Origin: Candidatus Latescibacterota bacterium
GTDB lineage: Bacteria > Latescibacterota > UBA2968 > GCA-2709665
Length of the DNA stretch: 64,000 nucleotides
Assembly (NCBI GenBank): GCA_965116875.1
Contig: OZ220733.1
Span: forward strand, 128,001-192,000
Direction of reading: 5' to 3'
The notes under the pieces were generated by a model, which worked only from the letters and a program-made list of their open reading frames with translations, had not been told where the DNA came from and did no database searches. The first letter of the stretch is position 1. Each line of letters begins with the position of its first letter. The position numbers and the translations under genes are program-made. Shown piece by piece: positions 1 through 10,346 of the stretch.

Positions 1-86
1 ATTACGGGCCAGAGCGCGAATATGGAGAGCAGAATGAACAAGTCCTCAAGCGCCACCCAGATGCGGCGTTCATCGCCTTTCGACAT
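1..86 (-). CDS. Small putative membrane protein, 5' part only (runs off window)
   Basis: GGAGG RBS 7 nt before ATG at 86; reads MSKGDERRIWVALEDLFILLSIFALWPV..., hydrophobic; directly downstream of the transglycosylase gene. Confidence 0.5.
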   Translation of the reverse strand, partial: MSKGDERRIWVALEDLFILLSIFALWPV

Positions 87-134
87 GGTGTAACCTCCGA
101 TGGTTCCGGCGTGGCGCCAGGAAATCGTAACGCA

Positions 135-2321
135 CTACCCCCCCACGTCCGTCGCCTGCTCCAGATACGAATAAACCTGATAATTCCGATACACCAGCTT
201 GACGTAATTGCGCGTCTCCCGGTACGGTATGCTCTCGACAAACTCGTCCACGTCGTCCGCCGGGAGCCGACCGGCCCACTTCCGCGCCACATCCAGTCCC
301 GCGTTGTAAGCCGACAGGGCCAGGCCGAGCCTCCGGTCCCTGCTGTTTCTGAAATACCGGAAATGATCGGCAAGGTGCCTGGCCCCAAGCCGAATGGACG
401 TGTCCGGATCCCACAGGTCTTCCGCAGAGTACCCCCTGAGACCCAGTTTTCGCGCGACCTGACGCCCCGTTGCCGGCATCACCTGCATCAGCCCGCGGGC
501 TCCCGCTCTGGACAATGCCGTTTCATCGAATGCACTCTCCTGGCGTATGATCGCGAGTACCAGATTGGGATCCAACCCGAGGCCCCCGGCGGCCCGGCTC
601 ACTTCACCCCAGTAGTAAACGGGATACAGCCTGCGAAACGAAACGAGTGAAATCGGCGTTCCCCGTTCGCGTTCCAGATTGACGATCCGTCCGGAGATCC
701 GGAATGCCTGATTCATCGCGCCAATACGTTCAAATCGCCGCTGCAGTTCACTCAGCGCGTGAATCTCGTTTCTGTGGGCCCAACCCGCGTGTCTGTATTC
801 CCGTTCGGATTCCTCGTAAAGCCCCAGGTCCGCCAGCCTGTCTCCTTTCAACAGAAACGGCGACGGTTCATACATCGGCAACCGCTCGTTCGCTCCGGGA
901 GACGCCGGAACCCGATGACGGGCCCGGTCCTTCAACTGCAGAACCGCACGGGCCCGGGAAGCGTAGTACGAGGTTGGAAACCCGGCCGCCGCACGCCGCA
1001 GCCATCTGGCGCCCAGCTCCGGACGTCCGGCCCGTCCGTAGGACTTTCCTGCCCAGTAGGCGCCCTGGTCCCGCATGTAATTCTCCGACGTCCGCTCCGC
1101 CAACCGCACAAAGATCCGCGCCGCCTCTTCGAAGCGCCCCAGACGATAGAGCGCATAGCCCGCCCGCCACCCGGCACGGTCCGCAAGACTGCTTTTGGGG
1201 TACCGGGCGGCAAGACTCAGAAACACTTCTCGCGCCTTTGCTCGCCTCCCCCTGCGCTCATAGGCCATTGCCGCCTGCCAGAGCGCTTCGGCAGCACCGG
1301 GTACCGCGGGATACCGGCGCGCGAAGGATCGGAATTGCCCGGCCGCCCTGATATCCTGCCCCAGTTTCACGGAACAGCGACCCAGAAAGAACAGTGCTTT
1401 CGGCACACGGAACCGCCGGTGGGCTTCCTCAAATGCCCGCCGGGCGGCATGGTAGTCCCTCTGTCTGAAGTGTGCAAGCCCAAGTTCCTGCTGAGCCCGA
1501 CCGCGCCAGCCGGACTGACGGGACTGCCTGACAATCTGCCGGAACAGTCCCACGGCCTCCTGAAAACGCCCATGGCTCGAATACGCGACGGCCCCGTAAA
1601 ACCGTTCCTGCACCGTATCCAGTCGCCCGAGCGAATCCAGCTCGGACAGCGACTCCGGCGACTCCGGATGGTCGCGCACCACCCGCAGCCGGATTCGCCG
1701 GGCCTCAGTGGAATCTCCGGAAACGTCCAGCGCGGCCGCAAGGCCCGCCAGCGCTCGCACCTTCCGCGCGCTCCCGTCGGGCAACCGGCGGTACATCAGC
1801 GCCGCCGCCCGCGCGTCTCCCTCCTGCAGGTGGAGTCCGGCGGCAACGAGCGCCGCGTCCTCCATCAGGCGCCCCGATGGCCGTGTATCGACAACGCGTT
1901 CGAAGTACACAAGGGCGCTGTCGGCCCGGCCCAGCTCCCTGTGACATTCACCCTGCCAGAAATCCATGTAGTCGCCAATGGCCTCCGACGCCGCGTCCAC
2001 GGCACGAAATCCGGTCAACGCGTCTTCAAAGCGTCCCATCGCCTTCAGGCACAGCGCCCGCTGAAGTCGCGACCTGCGAACCGCCCATTCGTCCATCCCG
2101 GTCAGGTCCACTTCGGACAGGACTTGCAACGCGTTCCGGTACGCGGCACGGGAAATCAGGGCCTCGGCCCGCCCCAGTTGATCCAGCCGTTCGCCTCTGC
2201 CCAGCCGCTCCGGCAGCGCCAGGGCAGCCGCCGTAACGAGCGCCAGGGCCATTCCGGAAAGCCAGACGTCCCTGAGCGTAAACCCGGCCCGGCCGCTCCC
2301 GGTCTCTGGATTGGACTTCAT
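135..2321 (-). CDS. TPR-containing soluble lytic transglycosylase (Slt70-like)
   Basis: N-terminal hydrophobic segment, TPR-like helices, C-terminal SLT motifs IIRQESAF, GARGLMQVMP, AYNAG, IPYRETRNYV. Confidence 0.9.
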   Translation of the reverse strand: MKSNPETGSGRAGFTLRDVWLSGMALALVTAAALALPERLGRGERLDQLGRAEALISRAAYRNALQVLSEVDLTGMDEWAVRRSRLQRALCLKAMGRFEDALTGFRAVDAASEAIGDYMDFWQGECHRELGRADSALVYFERVVDTRPSGRLMEDAALVAAGLHLQEGDARAAALMYRRLPDGSARKVRALAGLAAALDVSGDSTEARRIRLRVVRDHPESPESLSELDSLGRLDTVQERFYGAVAYSSHGRFQEAVGLFRQIVRQSRQSGWRGRAQQELGLAHFRQRDYHAARRAFEEAHRRFRVPKALFFLGRCSVKLGQDIRAAGQFRSFARRYPAVPGAAEALWQAAMAYERRGRRAKAREVFLSLAARYPKSSLADRAGWRAGYALYRLGRFEEAARIFVRLAERTSENYMRDQGAYWAGKSYGRAGRPELGARWLRRAAAGFPTSYYASRARAVLQLKDRARHRVPASPGANERLPMYEPSPFLLKGDRLADLGLYEESEREYRHAGWAHRNEIHALSELQRRFERIGAMNQAFRISGRIVNLERERGTPISLVSFRRLYPVYYWGEVSRAAGGLGLDPNLVLAIIRQESAFDETALSRAGARGLMQVMPATGRQVARKLGLRGYSAEDLWDPDTSIRLGARHLADHFRYFRNSRDRRLGLALSAYNAGLDVARKWAGRLPADDVDEFVESIPYRETRNYVKLVYRNYQVYSYLEQATDVGG

Positions 2322-2380
2322 GGCGGATAAACGATGGATGTCATCTGAAGTGAGGTTGAAGGTATCCCGTGCCTGCGCCG

Positions 2381-3853
2381 TTACCTGAAGAACGGCTTAA
2401 AGTCCTCTATAACGGCCAGGACGCCAAAGTACGTGAATACGAAGCCGCACAGAATGTTGAGCGTAACGAGCAAGGGACCCATCCTGAACGGTCGGGGAAG
2501 ATATCTGCGATCGGTCCATACCATGGCAAAGCACCAGGGCCCGGCCAGCAGGACCCCGGTGACGTGGAGCGGGATGGTCATCATCGAAATCGGGTTCCAT
2601 CCCACGCCGCGGGGATCCAGGACTGCCGTCCACCAGGCGTAGATGACGAGCCCGATTGCCGCAACGCCCGAATAGCAGAGCGTCCACAGTCGCATCTTCC
2701 CCAGGGTGAGGTCCCGCCATTGCAGCCGTGTGGATCGAACGCATTCGTGTGCCGTCCGCACGTAGAGTTCGAACGCACCGTAGACCGTACCGAATATCGC
2801 GAAGAAAACGCCGGCCTTGTAAAGCGCCGACAAGAGGATCTGCGCCGTCTGGCCGGGATGAAGCTGCGTGAGGAAAACCACCTGATAGTTGTAGAGATCC
2901 ATTCCCGACGGGACAATGCGATTCGTGTGCAGCAGCGTTGCCCCGAGGATGAGAAACGTCGCGGTGAACACCAGCACACTGCCGAACGATACCGTACAGT
3001 CGATAAGCGGCGCCTTCAGCCACCTGAGCCCCAGCCGGACGTTGCCTTCATCCTCGGCCAGCATCGGACTTCGGCTTCCACCCGTCACCCTTCCGATCAA
3101 ACCCCAGGCCTTTTCTCTCATCATGCCCACGTAACCCACGTAGTCCTGTACGCCGCCGCCCATGACTCCCATATATGCGACCATTTCCACGATCAGCGTA
3201 CGGTCGGCAAATGCCGGGTTCGACCTGACCCACTGCGGGTAATCCGGCAGGGCAGGCGTTATTGCGCCGGCAAGTACAGACAGCCAGTCCGGACTGACGG
3301 CAAACGTCGCGATCAGCATGACCACCAGCATCGAGCCGACGAGCGTCAACTGAACCCGTTCCAGAAACCCGTAACTCTGCATCAGGGTCAACACCGCAAG
3401 CAGCACAATGAACAGGATCGCGATGGCATGGGGAACCACTCCCGGGTCGCCGAACAGTACCCACGACGTGATCGTGCCGAGCATGATCGGGAGGCTCGCC
3501 AGATAGAACGGGAATGCCACGATAACCACGACCCCGATGATGCCCGGAAACAGCCCGCGCGGCCCCGGCAAGGCCGCCCACCGTTCCATCGGATGTTCGC
3601 CGGTGAGTGTCATGTACCGCGCCGCGGTGTAGACCTGCACCCCCTTCGTGAGACAGAAGAGACTGAACGCCCAGAACATCGCATAGCCGAATATCGCACC
3701 GCTGCGCGATGCCCACACCGTCTCCCCGCTCCCGATTGTCACCGACGCGATAACGGCGCCGGGCCCGAAGAACTTCAGGAAGTCCATCACCCGCCGCGAG
3801 CTCAGCTCGGGCGCCAGTTCAGGAAATCGCTGCTTCTGTTCATCCGGAGTCAT
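2381..3853 (-). CDS. NRAMP-family-like permease
   Basis: FGPGAVIASVTIGSGE and G...FGY motif, ~11 hydrophobic segments; ATG at 3853 preferred (ORF track start 3865). Confidence 0.7.
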   Translation of the reverse strand: MTPDEQKQRFPELAPELSSRRVMDFLKFFGPGAVIASVTIGSGETVWASRSGAIFGYAMFWAFSLFCLTKGVQVYTAARYMTLTGEHPMERWAALPGPRGLFPGIIGVVVIVAFPFYLASLPIMLGTITSWVLFGDPGVVPHAIAILFIVLLAVLTLMQSYGFLERVQLTLVGSMLVVMLIATFAVSPDWLSVLAGAITPALPDYPQWVRSNPAFADRTLIVEMVAYMGVMGGGVQDYVGYVGMMREKAWGLIGRVTGGSRSPMLAEDEGNVRLGLRWLKAPLIDCTVSFGSVLVFTATFLILGATLLHTNRIVPSGMDLYNYQVVFLTQLHPGQTAQILLSALYKAGVFFAIFGTVYGAFELYVRTAHECVRSTRLQWRDLTLGKMRLWTLCYSGVAAIGLVIYAWWTAVLDPRGVGWNPISMMTIPLHVTGVLLAGPWCFAMVWTDRRYLPRPFRMGPLLVTLNILCGFVFTYFGVLAVIEDFKPFFR

Positions 3854-3917
3854 GAGATCCCCCACGACCGCACAAATGCGCGCGACCGCAGACGCACGCG
3901 GCCGAATCAGAAACGGT

Positions 3918-4883
3918 CTACCTGACTGCGAACGGATTTCCCGGCGACCCGGTGGCGCCCTTCAGCCGCAGAGGCGCAAAGACGAACGCGAACTCGTATG
4001 CTTCGTCCGCCGCCAGACCGTCCAGGTCCAGGTTCTCCAGGATATAGACCCCGTTGCGCTGGATCAACAACTCGTGGACCCGGAACGCGCCTTCCGCGTC
4101 CTCACCGGGCACGGCCTCGACCGCCCATGTATCGGCGCCGACCATGACGATCTTCCTTTCAAGCAGCCACCGCGCGGCCTCCAGCCCGATACCCGGCTGG
4201 CCCGAGTTATAGGTCTCGTTATCCACCATCCACAATCTTCCGTGGCCTGTGCGGATCAGCACGATGTCGCCTTCCGTGACCGCGACCGCCTGCCTTTTCA
4301 ATGCCCCCTCGATATCGGCCGCGGTAATCACATAACCCACCTCCAGCCGTTCCAGCCCCTTGAACTTCGCCACGTCCACCAGCACGCCACGGGTAAAAAT
4401 CACTCCGACGTTTTCGATCCCGAGTTTCTCGAGTCCGTACGCCGTCCCTATCTGAGACCGTGTAAATCCATTGTAAAAGATGTCCTGGTCGCCCTTGCGC
4501 GTACCGATATGACCCAATCCGTCGAACTGCGTCCCCACCTGTCCGATCTCGCCGCTGAACATCTCGTCGTACCAGATCAGCCGGTTCTCACCCACGGGGC
4601 CGCCGGTTGGCGAACCGGGAATGGTCAGACTGTAGTGACGGTTGCCGAAAAGCGGAATGCCCGGTTCGTACACCCGTCCGAGCTGGTAGGTCTTGCCCGT
4701 CCGGATCAATTTCGCGGCCGCCATGACCTTCTGCGGCGTCAGCCGGTTTGCCGCTCCCCGCTGATCTTCCGGGCCCCACTCCGAGGGCCACCATCCGTCT
4801 CCTTCGGCCGCTTTCTCCGCAAGGGCCGGAGGGATTGCAATCAGGCATCCCGCAACCACCACACACAGAAATCGATTTCGCAT
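3918..4883 (-). CDS. Secreted cyclase-family (kynurenine formamidase-like) metal hydrolase
   Basis: AGGAGG RBS before ATG 4883; signal peptide; GTQFDGLGH, GADTWAVE, ENLDL, GATGSPGNP motifs. Confidence 0.85.
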   Translation of the reverse strand: MRNRFLCVVVAGCLIAIPPALAEKAAEGDGWWPSEWGPEDQRGAANRLTPQKVMAAAKLIRTGKTYQLGRVYEPGIPLFGNRHYSLTIPGSPTGGPVGENRLIWYDEMFSGEIGQVGTQFDGLGHIGTRKGDQDIFYNGFTRSQIGTAYGLEKLGIENVGVIFTRGVLVDVAKFKGLERLEVGYVITAADIEGALKRQAVAVTEGDIVLIRTGHGRLWMVDNETYNSGQPGIGLEAARWLLERKIVMVGADTWAVEAVPGEDAEGAFRVHELLIQRNGVYILENLDLDGLAADEAYEFAFVFAPLRLKGATGSPGNPFAVR

Positions 4884-4905
4884 ACCCGCCTCCTTGATGG
4901 CGTAG

Positions 4906-4989
4906 CAGTCCGTTGATAAAGTCGCTCTGCAGGCCTGCCAGTGAAGTCCTGGCAGGCAGGTAGCCCGGATCGACTTTTCCAACGGGCTG
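4906..4989 (-). mobile_element. MITE-like dispersed element, copy 1 (84 bp)
   Basis: Inverted ends CAGTCCGTTGATAAAG...CTTTTCCAACGGGCTG; both ends match the copies at 49006 and 63162 in reverse orientation. Confidence 0.65.
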
Positions 4990-5194
4990 GCAGGGTTGAA
5001 ACGGTATCGGCGCAGAACGGAATTATGATAATATCCCCAATGACCAAAGGCAAGCGCGGAATGCGTATATCGACCCGTCGAACAGAAGCCTGTTGCGCCC
5101 GAAACGGGCGCATGCTATCTTGGACGCCGCCCTGAACGCGTCCATGGAAGCGGAGCGCCGATTCCCCAGTCCCGATCATTTGAGAGGCCTGCCG

Positions 5195-6214
5195 ATGAAG
5201 ACCGGAAGACTCGGCCGAACCGGACTCGAAGTCCCCATCGTGGGCCTGGGCACAGGCTTTATCGGCATTGCTGACGCCAACCGCGCGGCAACCGAATACG
5301 ATTTCATGGAATCAGGGACCGCGGATCGGCCCACGTCCGCCGGCGTAGACGCCGTGCGATCCAGCCATATGGAGGTCGAACTGGGAATCGCAACGGTGCA
5401 TGCGGCGATCGAAGCGGGTTCCACCCTCATCGATACCGCTCCGCTGTACGGATCGGGCAACAGCGAATCCATTATCGGCGAGGCCCTGCGGCAGCGTCCC
5501 GACCTCGCGGAACGGTGTACGGTCACCACGAAAGTCGGGCAGACGGCCGCGGGTCTTGACCATTCCTATGACGCCGTCATGCGGCAGGTGGAGGAGAGCC
5601 GGCGGCGTCTGGGAATCGACGCCTTCGACGTTCTCTATATCCACGATGCCATGGACGTTCCTGTGGAAAGCGTCATGGGAAAGGACCGTGCGCTCGGCGC
5701 CCTCCGAAAACTCCAGGACACGGGCGTCACGCGTTTTGTCGGGACCGCCACCAACGACCCGCATATCAACGCCTGGTACATTGAAACCGGGGAATTCGAT
5801 GCCGCCGTGGTTCCCGATGCGCTCAGCCTGATCAATCAGCTTGCGGAAGACCGGATCCTGCCGGCGGCGATTCAACACGACGTGGGCCTTGTGATTGCCA
5901 CGCCGGTTGAACGGGGACTGCTCGCCACGGGCCCCGTGGACGGCATCAACTACCTCGCACGCAGTTTCAGCCCGACCTGCCTGGACCACGTCGCAAGAAT
6001 CCAGGATCTTTGCGAGGACCACGGCGTGCCGTTGATTGCCGCGGCTCTGCAATGGTGCACGCGTCATCCCCAGGTGGCCGCCTCCATACCCGGCGCCCGC
6101 GTACCGGCGGAAGCCCGGGCCAACGCCAAAGCGGGCGACGTTGATATACCGGAGGCATTCTGGGATGAACTCGCCCCCCTCATCCGCCACTTCGAAGCCG
6201 ACGTGGACCGGTGA
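5195..6214 (+). CDS. Aldo/keto reductase
   Basis: LGRTGLEVPIVGLGT, IDTAPLYGSG, TTKVG, LYIHD motifs; GAGAGG before ATG 5195. Confidence 0.9.
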   Translation: MKTGRLGRTGLEVPIVGLGTGFIGIADANRAATEYDFMESGTADRPTSAGVDAVRSSHMEVELGIATVHAAIEAGSTLIDTAPLYGSGNSESIIGEALRQRPDLAERCTVTTKVGQTAAGLDHSYDAVMRQVEESRRRLGIDAFDVLYIHDAMDVPVESVMGKDRALGALRKLQDTGVTRFVGTATNDPHINAWYIETGEFDAAVVPDALSLINQLAEDRILPAAIQHDVGLVIATPVERGLLATGPVDGINYLARSFSPTCLDHVARIQDLCEDHGVPLIAAALQWCTRHPQVAASIPGARVPAEARANAKAGDVDIPEAFWDELAPLIRHFEADVDR

Positions 6215-7131
6215 AACCCGAATACACGGAGTTCCGTTTCATGTCTCTGAAACTGACCCTTCTTGGCACAGGAACCCCGACCCCGCTCGCGCATCGCGCG
6301 GGCTCCGGCTATCTCGTGACGTTCGACGATGAAGTCCTGCTTTTCGACTGCGGTCCGGGTATTGCGAGACGCCTCCTCGAAGCGGGGACGCCGCCCGAAG
6401 CGCTGACGCGTCTCTTTCTTACCCACCTCCACTACGACCATAGCGTGGACTACGCGTGTATCGTGCTCACGCGGTGGGACCAGGGCGCGGGTAAGATCCC
6501 CGAACTCCACGTCTACGGACCTGCCCCGCTGACACGCATGACGGAAAGGCTCCTGGGCAGCAGCGGCGCCTTCGGGCCGGACCTCGAGGCGAGAACCCGG
6601 CATCCGGGAAGCGAATTCGTCTACGAACGACGGGGCGGCATCCTTCCCCGGAAACGGCCCGAACCCGTTGTCGCCGAAGTGGCGGACGGATCGAGCATTC
6701 AGGTGGGGAACTGGCGGGTCGAAACCGCTGAGGTCGTGCATGTTCAACCGCAGCTCACGTGCCTGGCCTACCGGCTGGAGACCCCGTACGGGACGGTCGT
6801 CTTCGGCGGAGATACTGCGCCCACGAGCCGCCTTACCGACCTTGCGGGGGGCGCGGACGTGCTCATCCATATGTGCCACCTGATCAACGACGTGGAACTG
6901 GACCCGCGCATCACGGGCTGCTGCTCCGGACACCTGGACGCCGCGCGGACCGCTCGCGATGCGGACGTCGGCACGCTCGTCCTGACCCACGTTACCGAAC
7001 AGCTGGAGCCGCCCGGCGTCCGGGAACGCCTCGTGGCCGAGGCCGCGCGCATTTTCAAAGGGCAGATCGTCTTCGCGGAGGACCTCACGGAAGTTCCCGT
7101 GGGTCCCATCGATCCGGAGCCCATCCGGTAG
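6211..7131 (+). CDS. MBL-fold metallo-hydrolase (RNase Z/arylsulfatase-like)
   Basis: LLGTGTP, FDCGPG, THLHYDH, GGDT, LTH motifs; overlaps the upstream stop. Confidence 0.85.
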   Translation: MKPEYTEFRFMSLKLTLLGTGTPTPLAHRAGSGYLVTFDDEVLLFDCGPGIARRLLEAGTPPEALTRLFLTHLHYDHSVDYACIVLTRWDQGAGKIPELHVYGPAPLTRMTERLLGSSGAFGPDLEARTRHPGSEFVYERRGGILPRKRPEPVVAEVADGSSIQVGNWRVETAEVVHVQPQLTCLAYRLETPYGTVVFGGDTAPTSRLTDLAGGADVLIHMCHLINDVELDPRITGCCSGHLDAARTARDADVGTLVLTHVTEQLEPPGVRERLVAEAARIFKGQIVFAEDLTEVPVGPIDPEPIR

Positions 7132-7199
7132 CCGGTGCGGCACCGGCCGCGCCCGTACCGCATTCATTCCCAATGACTTGAACTACCGGGAGTTTTCAC

Positions 7200-8564
7200 G
7201 TGAAAGCCATTATCCTGGCCGCCGGCAAAGGCGACCGCTTCTATCCCTTCAGCCACTATCGACCCAAACCCATGTTTCCCATCTGCAACCGGCCTCTGCT
7301 GGAGTGGGCCCTTGATCGAATCGTGGCCGCCGGCATCAGGGACGTGGGCATCGTTGTCGGCCATCGGCACGGTCGGATACGCAGTCATTTTTCCGACGGC
7401 CGCCGGTTCGGATGCGAAGTCACCTGTATTGAACAGCCGGAGCAACTCGGTACGGCCCACGCCGTCTGCGCCGCGGCGGACTTTATCGGGGCCGACGATT
7501 TTCTGGTCGCGTACGGCGACCTCTTCTTCGAGCAGACGGTCCTTTCCCAACTCCTGGACGGTTTCTCAGGCCGGTCGGTCGCCGCAGTCCACCACAGCGA
7601 GCAGCTCAACCGGCGCACTCGCGTGGAAACCGATGACCGGGGGAATATCGTCAATACCACCTGGAAGCCCCGGTCGTCCTCCGGAACGGCGCTGTCCGGC
7701 CTGTTTGTATTCCGGAACGACGCGCTTCAGGACCTCGGCAATACGCCGGACTTCGCAACCGGCGTGCAAAACGGCGTCACGCCCCCGGAGGGCCACGAGA
7801 TCGCCGAAGCCCTGGCGCTCATGAACCGGGAAGGCCGGCCCGCCGCCGCCGTCCGCACCGAGGGTGTCTGCTTCGATATGGACATGCCATGGGAGCCCCA
7901 GACGGTCTGCCGTCTGGCCGTAGGGGAAATGGCCCGGCGCCTGCAGGGCTCCAGTATCGCCGACACCGCAAGGGTCGATTCCGGCGCGCACATCGACGGC
8001 CCGGTATTCGTAGACGAGGGCGCGACCGTCTCACGCGGGGCCCGTATCAGCGGACCCGCCTGGATCGGCAGGAACACGCACGTTTACGAAGGCTCCCAGG
8101 TTGCCTCGCACACGGTCATCGGAGACGACTGTCGGGTCGGGCCCTTCGCGAAGGTATCGGGATTCGTCGACCGCAACAACCACATCACCTTTCTTGGAGA
8201 ATTCAGCGGCGTCATTCTCGCGGGCGGACGGATCACCCACCAGATGCAGATTGCAGGCATCTACGGGGAAGGCGCGGAATTCGGCGCCGGCACCCAGGTG
8301 GGCACGCTCCGATTCGACGACGGACCGACACAGGTGGAAGTGAAGGGCATACGCCATCCGGCGACCGGTTTTTCAGGCGCCCTGTTCGGAGACTACGCGC
8401 GCACGGGCGTGGGAACCATACTCATGCCAGGCCGAATTGTCGGTCCCGGCGCCATGGTCGGTCCCGGGGTGGTTCTGATGAACAATGCGCCGCCTCACAA
8501 AGCCGTCATCCTGAAGCAGCAGCATCAGGTAATCGACTGGGGTCCGGAAAAATACGACCACTGA
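7200..8564 (+). CDS. Bifunctional sugar-1-phosphate nucleotidylyltransferase/acyltransferase (GlmU-like)
   Basis: MKAIILAAGKG.R, PKPMFPI, Q..QLGTAHA, YGD; C-terminal hexapeptide left-handed beta-helix repeats. Confidence 0.8.
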   Translation: MKAIILAAGKGDRFYPFSHYRPKPMFPICNRPLLEWALDRIVAAGIRDVGIVVGHRHGRIRSHFSDGRRFGCEVTCIEQPEQLGTAHAVCAAADFIGADDFLVAYGDLFFEQTVLSQLLDGFSGRSVAAVHHSEQLNRRTRVETDDRGNIVNTTWKPRSSSGTALSGLFVFRNDALQDLGNTPDFATGVQNGVTPPEGHEIAEALALMNREGRPAAAVRTEGVCFDMDMPWEPQTVCRLAVGEMARRLQGSSIADTARVDSGAHIDGPVFVDEGATVSRGARISGPAWIGRNTHVYEGSQVASHTVIGDDCRVGPFAKVSGFVDRNNHITFLGEFSGVILAGGRITHQMQIAGIYGEGAEFGAGTQVGTLRFDDGPTQVEVKGIRHPATGFSGALFGDYARTGVGTILMPGRIVGPGAMVGPGVVLMNNAPPHKAVILKQQHQVIDWGPEKYDH

Positions 8565-8569
8565 GGCGG

Positions 8570-10324
8570 ATGATGCAACGGGATCACATCGAAGCCGAGA
8601 TACGACGGCGCGCCGACGGTTACAAACCCCAGACCCATCTGATTGCCGACTATTACAGGGTCCGACGGAAAATCGCGTATCCTCTTCCGATCCGGGAGAT
8701 AACCCTGCCCGGACTGCCAATCCCGGGCATCCAGTCGTATCCATGGTCCATCTGGATGACATGGAGTCTGGAAGAGCGGATCCTCTGTCTCGGGTGGGCG
8801 GCGTCCTGGTTCGATGATGAACAGGCTCGTCGACTGGCCGTTTCCGACCTGGACGCGCTGGCCGAATGGCCGTGCTACCGGCAGTTGCCGAACCCCGATC
8901 TGAGTTCGGGCCACGCGCTACGCATCCTCTGGCAGGCCCGCACCCGTTGGGACTGGCTGCCCCCGGGCCTTCGGACGAAGATCGAGCGGGCGTTTCACGG
9001 CCATATCGAAGACACACTCCCTTTGTCCGACGCCAGACACGGCGAATTTGAAAGCAAGGACGACATCCTCGCGCTGGACGAACCCCACACCGCGCTGCAC
9101 AACATCCCGTTTATCGGCACGGTCGGCCTCGCCCTGGCCGCAAACGGGACTTCCCATCCCTCCGCCGACGAGTTGAACACCCGACTCGAGGCGCTCCTGG
9201 GGGCGATCCTGGACCTCCGCGAGACCGGTCATTCGGAGGGCGTGGGGTACGACGGATACATCCTGGACTTCGCCGCCGACTGGCTGGGCACCGTCTCCCC
9301 GGCCAGGCGGGCCGCCCTGATGGACCATCCCCGTTTCGGCGACGTACTGGACGAATCCATCGCGCTCGGAGCGCCGGGGGACCTTGCGAATGTCGCCCGG
9401 TTGAGCGACGTGGAGCCCCGGGAGATGCCGTTCCACGTATCCGGCCACGCCAAACTCTTCCGGTACAGAGCGTCTCCGCTTGCGGGCTGGTACCTGAAGC
9501 GCTGCGGCCTTCGCCGGCTGCGCGCCGACGCCCTGGCGGCGCTCCACGGGATTGACGCCGAACAGGAGTGTGAACCGCCCGGAGCAGGAGCCATCGATGC
9601 GCACTACGCGGTCGTACTCAGGAGCGGATGGGAATCGGACGACCTGGCCGTGGCCATGGCGGCGAGCAATTCGAAAATGAGCCACATCCAGAACGACAAC
9701 GGGTCCATCGTCATCGGCGCCCGGGGCCGCTGGCCGTTGTCGGACCCCGGCTACCAGCAGTATATGAAGAAGACAGAACGTGAATTCACCCTGGGGCCCG
9801 CGGCACACAATGCGCCCGTCATCAACGGGACGGCCCAGACGGAAAAGCCGGCCGACCGGCGGGTGGTTCTTCGGCAGTGCAACGGATCGACGCTTACGGC
9901 TGAACTGGACCTGACGGACGGATACCCCGCCGGGCTGGCATTGAAGCGGGTCGACAGAACGCTATGGCTCTCAGACCGGGACCTGGTGGTCCTCGCCGAC
10001 CGCGTGCGAGGCGCCTCCGTCGAGTCCGTCACCTACCATTGGCACGGGCACCCGGACGCCGCATGGTGGGTCGCAGACGATACCGCCTGCATCTACGCAC
10101 CCGACCTTACGCTCTGGATGCGCTCGCCCCAGGCGCGGATCACGGACGAAGACGTTGACCGCCTTCCCGGATCCAGGGGCCATCTCACGCTCCGTGCAAG
10201 CGCGGACCCGTCCGCTCCATATATCTGGTGGGTATTTGCGACAGGCGATACGCCGCCGGCCATATCGTTGCACGAACGGGGCTGCGGGATTCGCGTCAGT
10301 GGCCGCGATTTTGAAATATCTTGA
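8570..10324 (+). CDS. Heparinase II/III-like protein
   Basis: EGVGYDGY, LRSGW, HIQNDNGS, DPGYQQY, AHNAPVING motifs; real start after the GlmU-like stop (ORF-track N-terminus overlaps that gene). Confidence 0.7.
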   Translation: MMQRDHIEAEIRRRADGYKPQTHLIADYYRVRRKIAYPLPIREITLPGLPIPGIQSYPWSIWMTWSLEERILCLGWAASWFDDEQARRLAVSDLDALAEWPCYRQLPNPDLSSGHALRILWQARTRWDWLPPGLRTKIERAFHGHIEDTLPLSDARHGEFESKDDILALDEPHTALHNIPFIGTVGLALAANGTSHPSADELNTRLEALLGAILDLRETGHSEGVGYDGYILDFAADWLGTVSPARRAALMDHPRFGDVLDESIALGAPGDLANVARLSDVEPREMPFHVSGHAKLFRYRASPLAGWYLKRCGLRRLRADALAALHGIDAEQECEPPGAGAIDAHYAVVLRSGWESDDLAVAMAASNSKMSHIQNDNGSIVIGARGRWPLSDPGYQQYMKKTEREFTLGPAAHNAPVINGTAQTEKPADRRVVLRQCNGSTLTAELDLTDGYPAGLALKRVDRTLWLSDRDLVVLADRVRGASVESVTYHWHGHPDAAWWVADDTACIYAPDLTLWMRSPQARITDEDVDRLPGSRGHLTLRASADPSAPYIWWVFATGDTPPAISLHERGCGIRVSGRDFEIS

Positions 10325-10346
10325 ATTTGATAGAAGGATCCCTTGA

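Noticed and set aside
759-3925. Long + strand ORFs 759-2330 and 2369-3925, and similar antisense ORFs such as 11268-12869 and 12909-14321
   Set aside because: Antisense to well-supported genes with no recognisable motifs; expected in high-GC DNA
7889-8569. N-terminal 227 aa of the 811-aa ORF
   Set aside because: Overlaps the GlmU-like gene in another frame and is Arg-rich nonsense; real start near 8570
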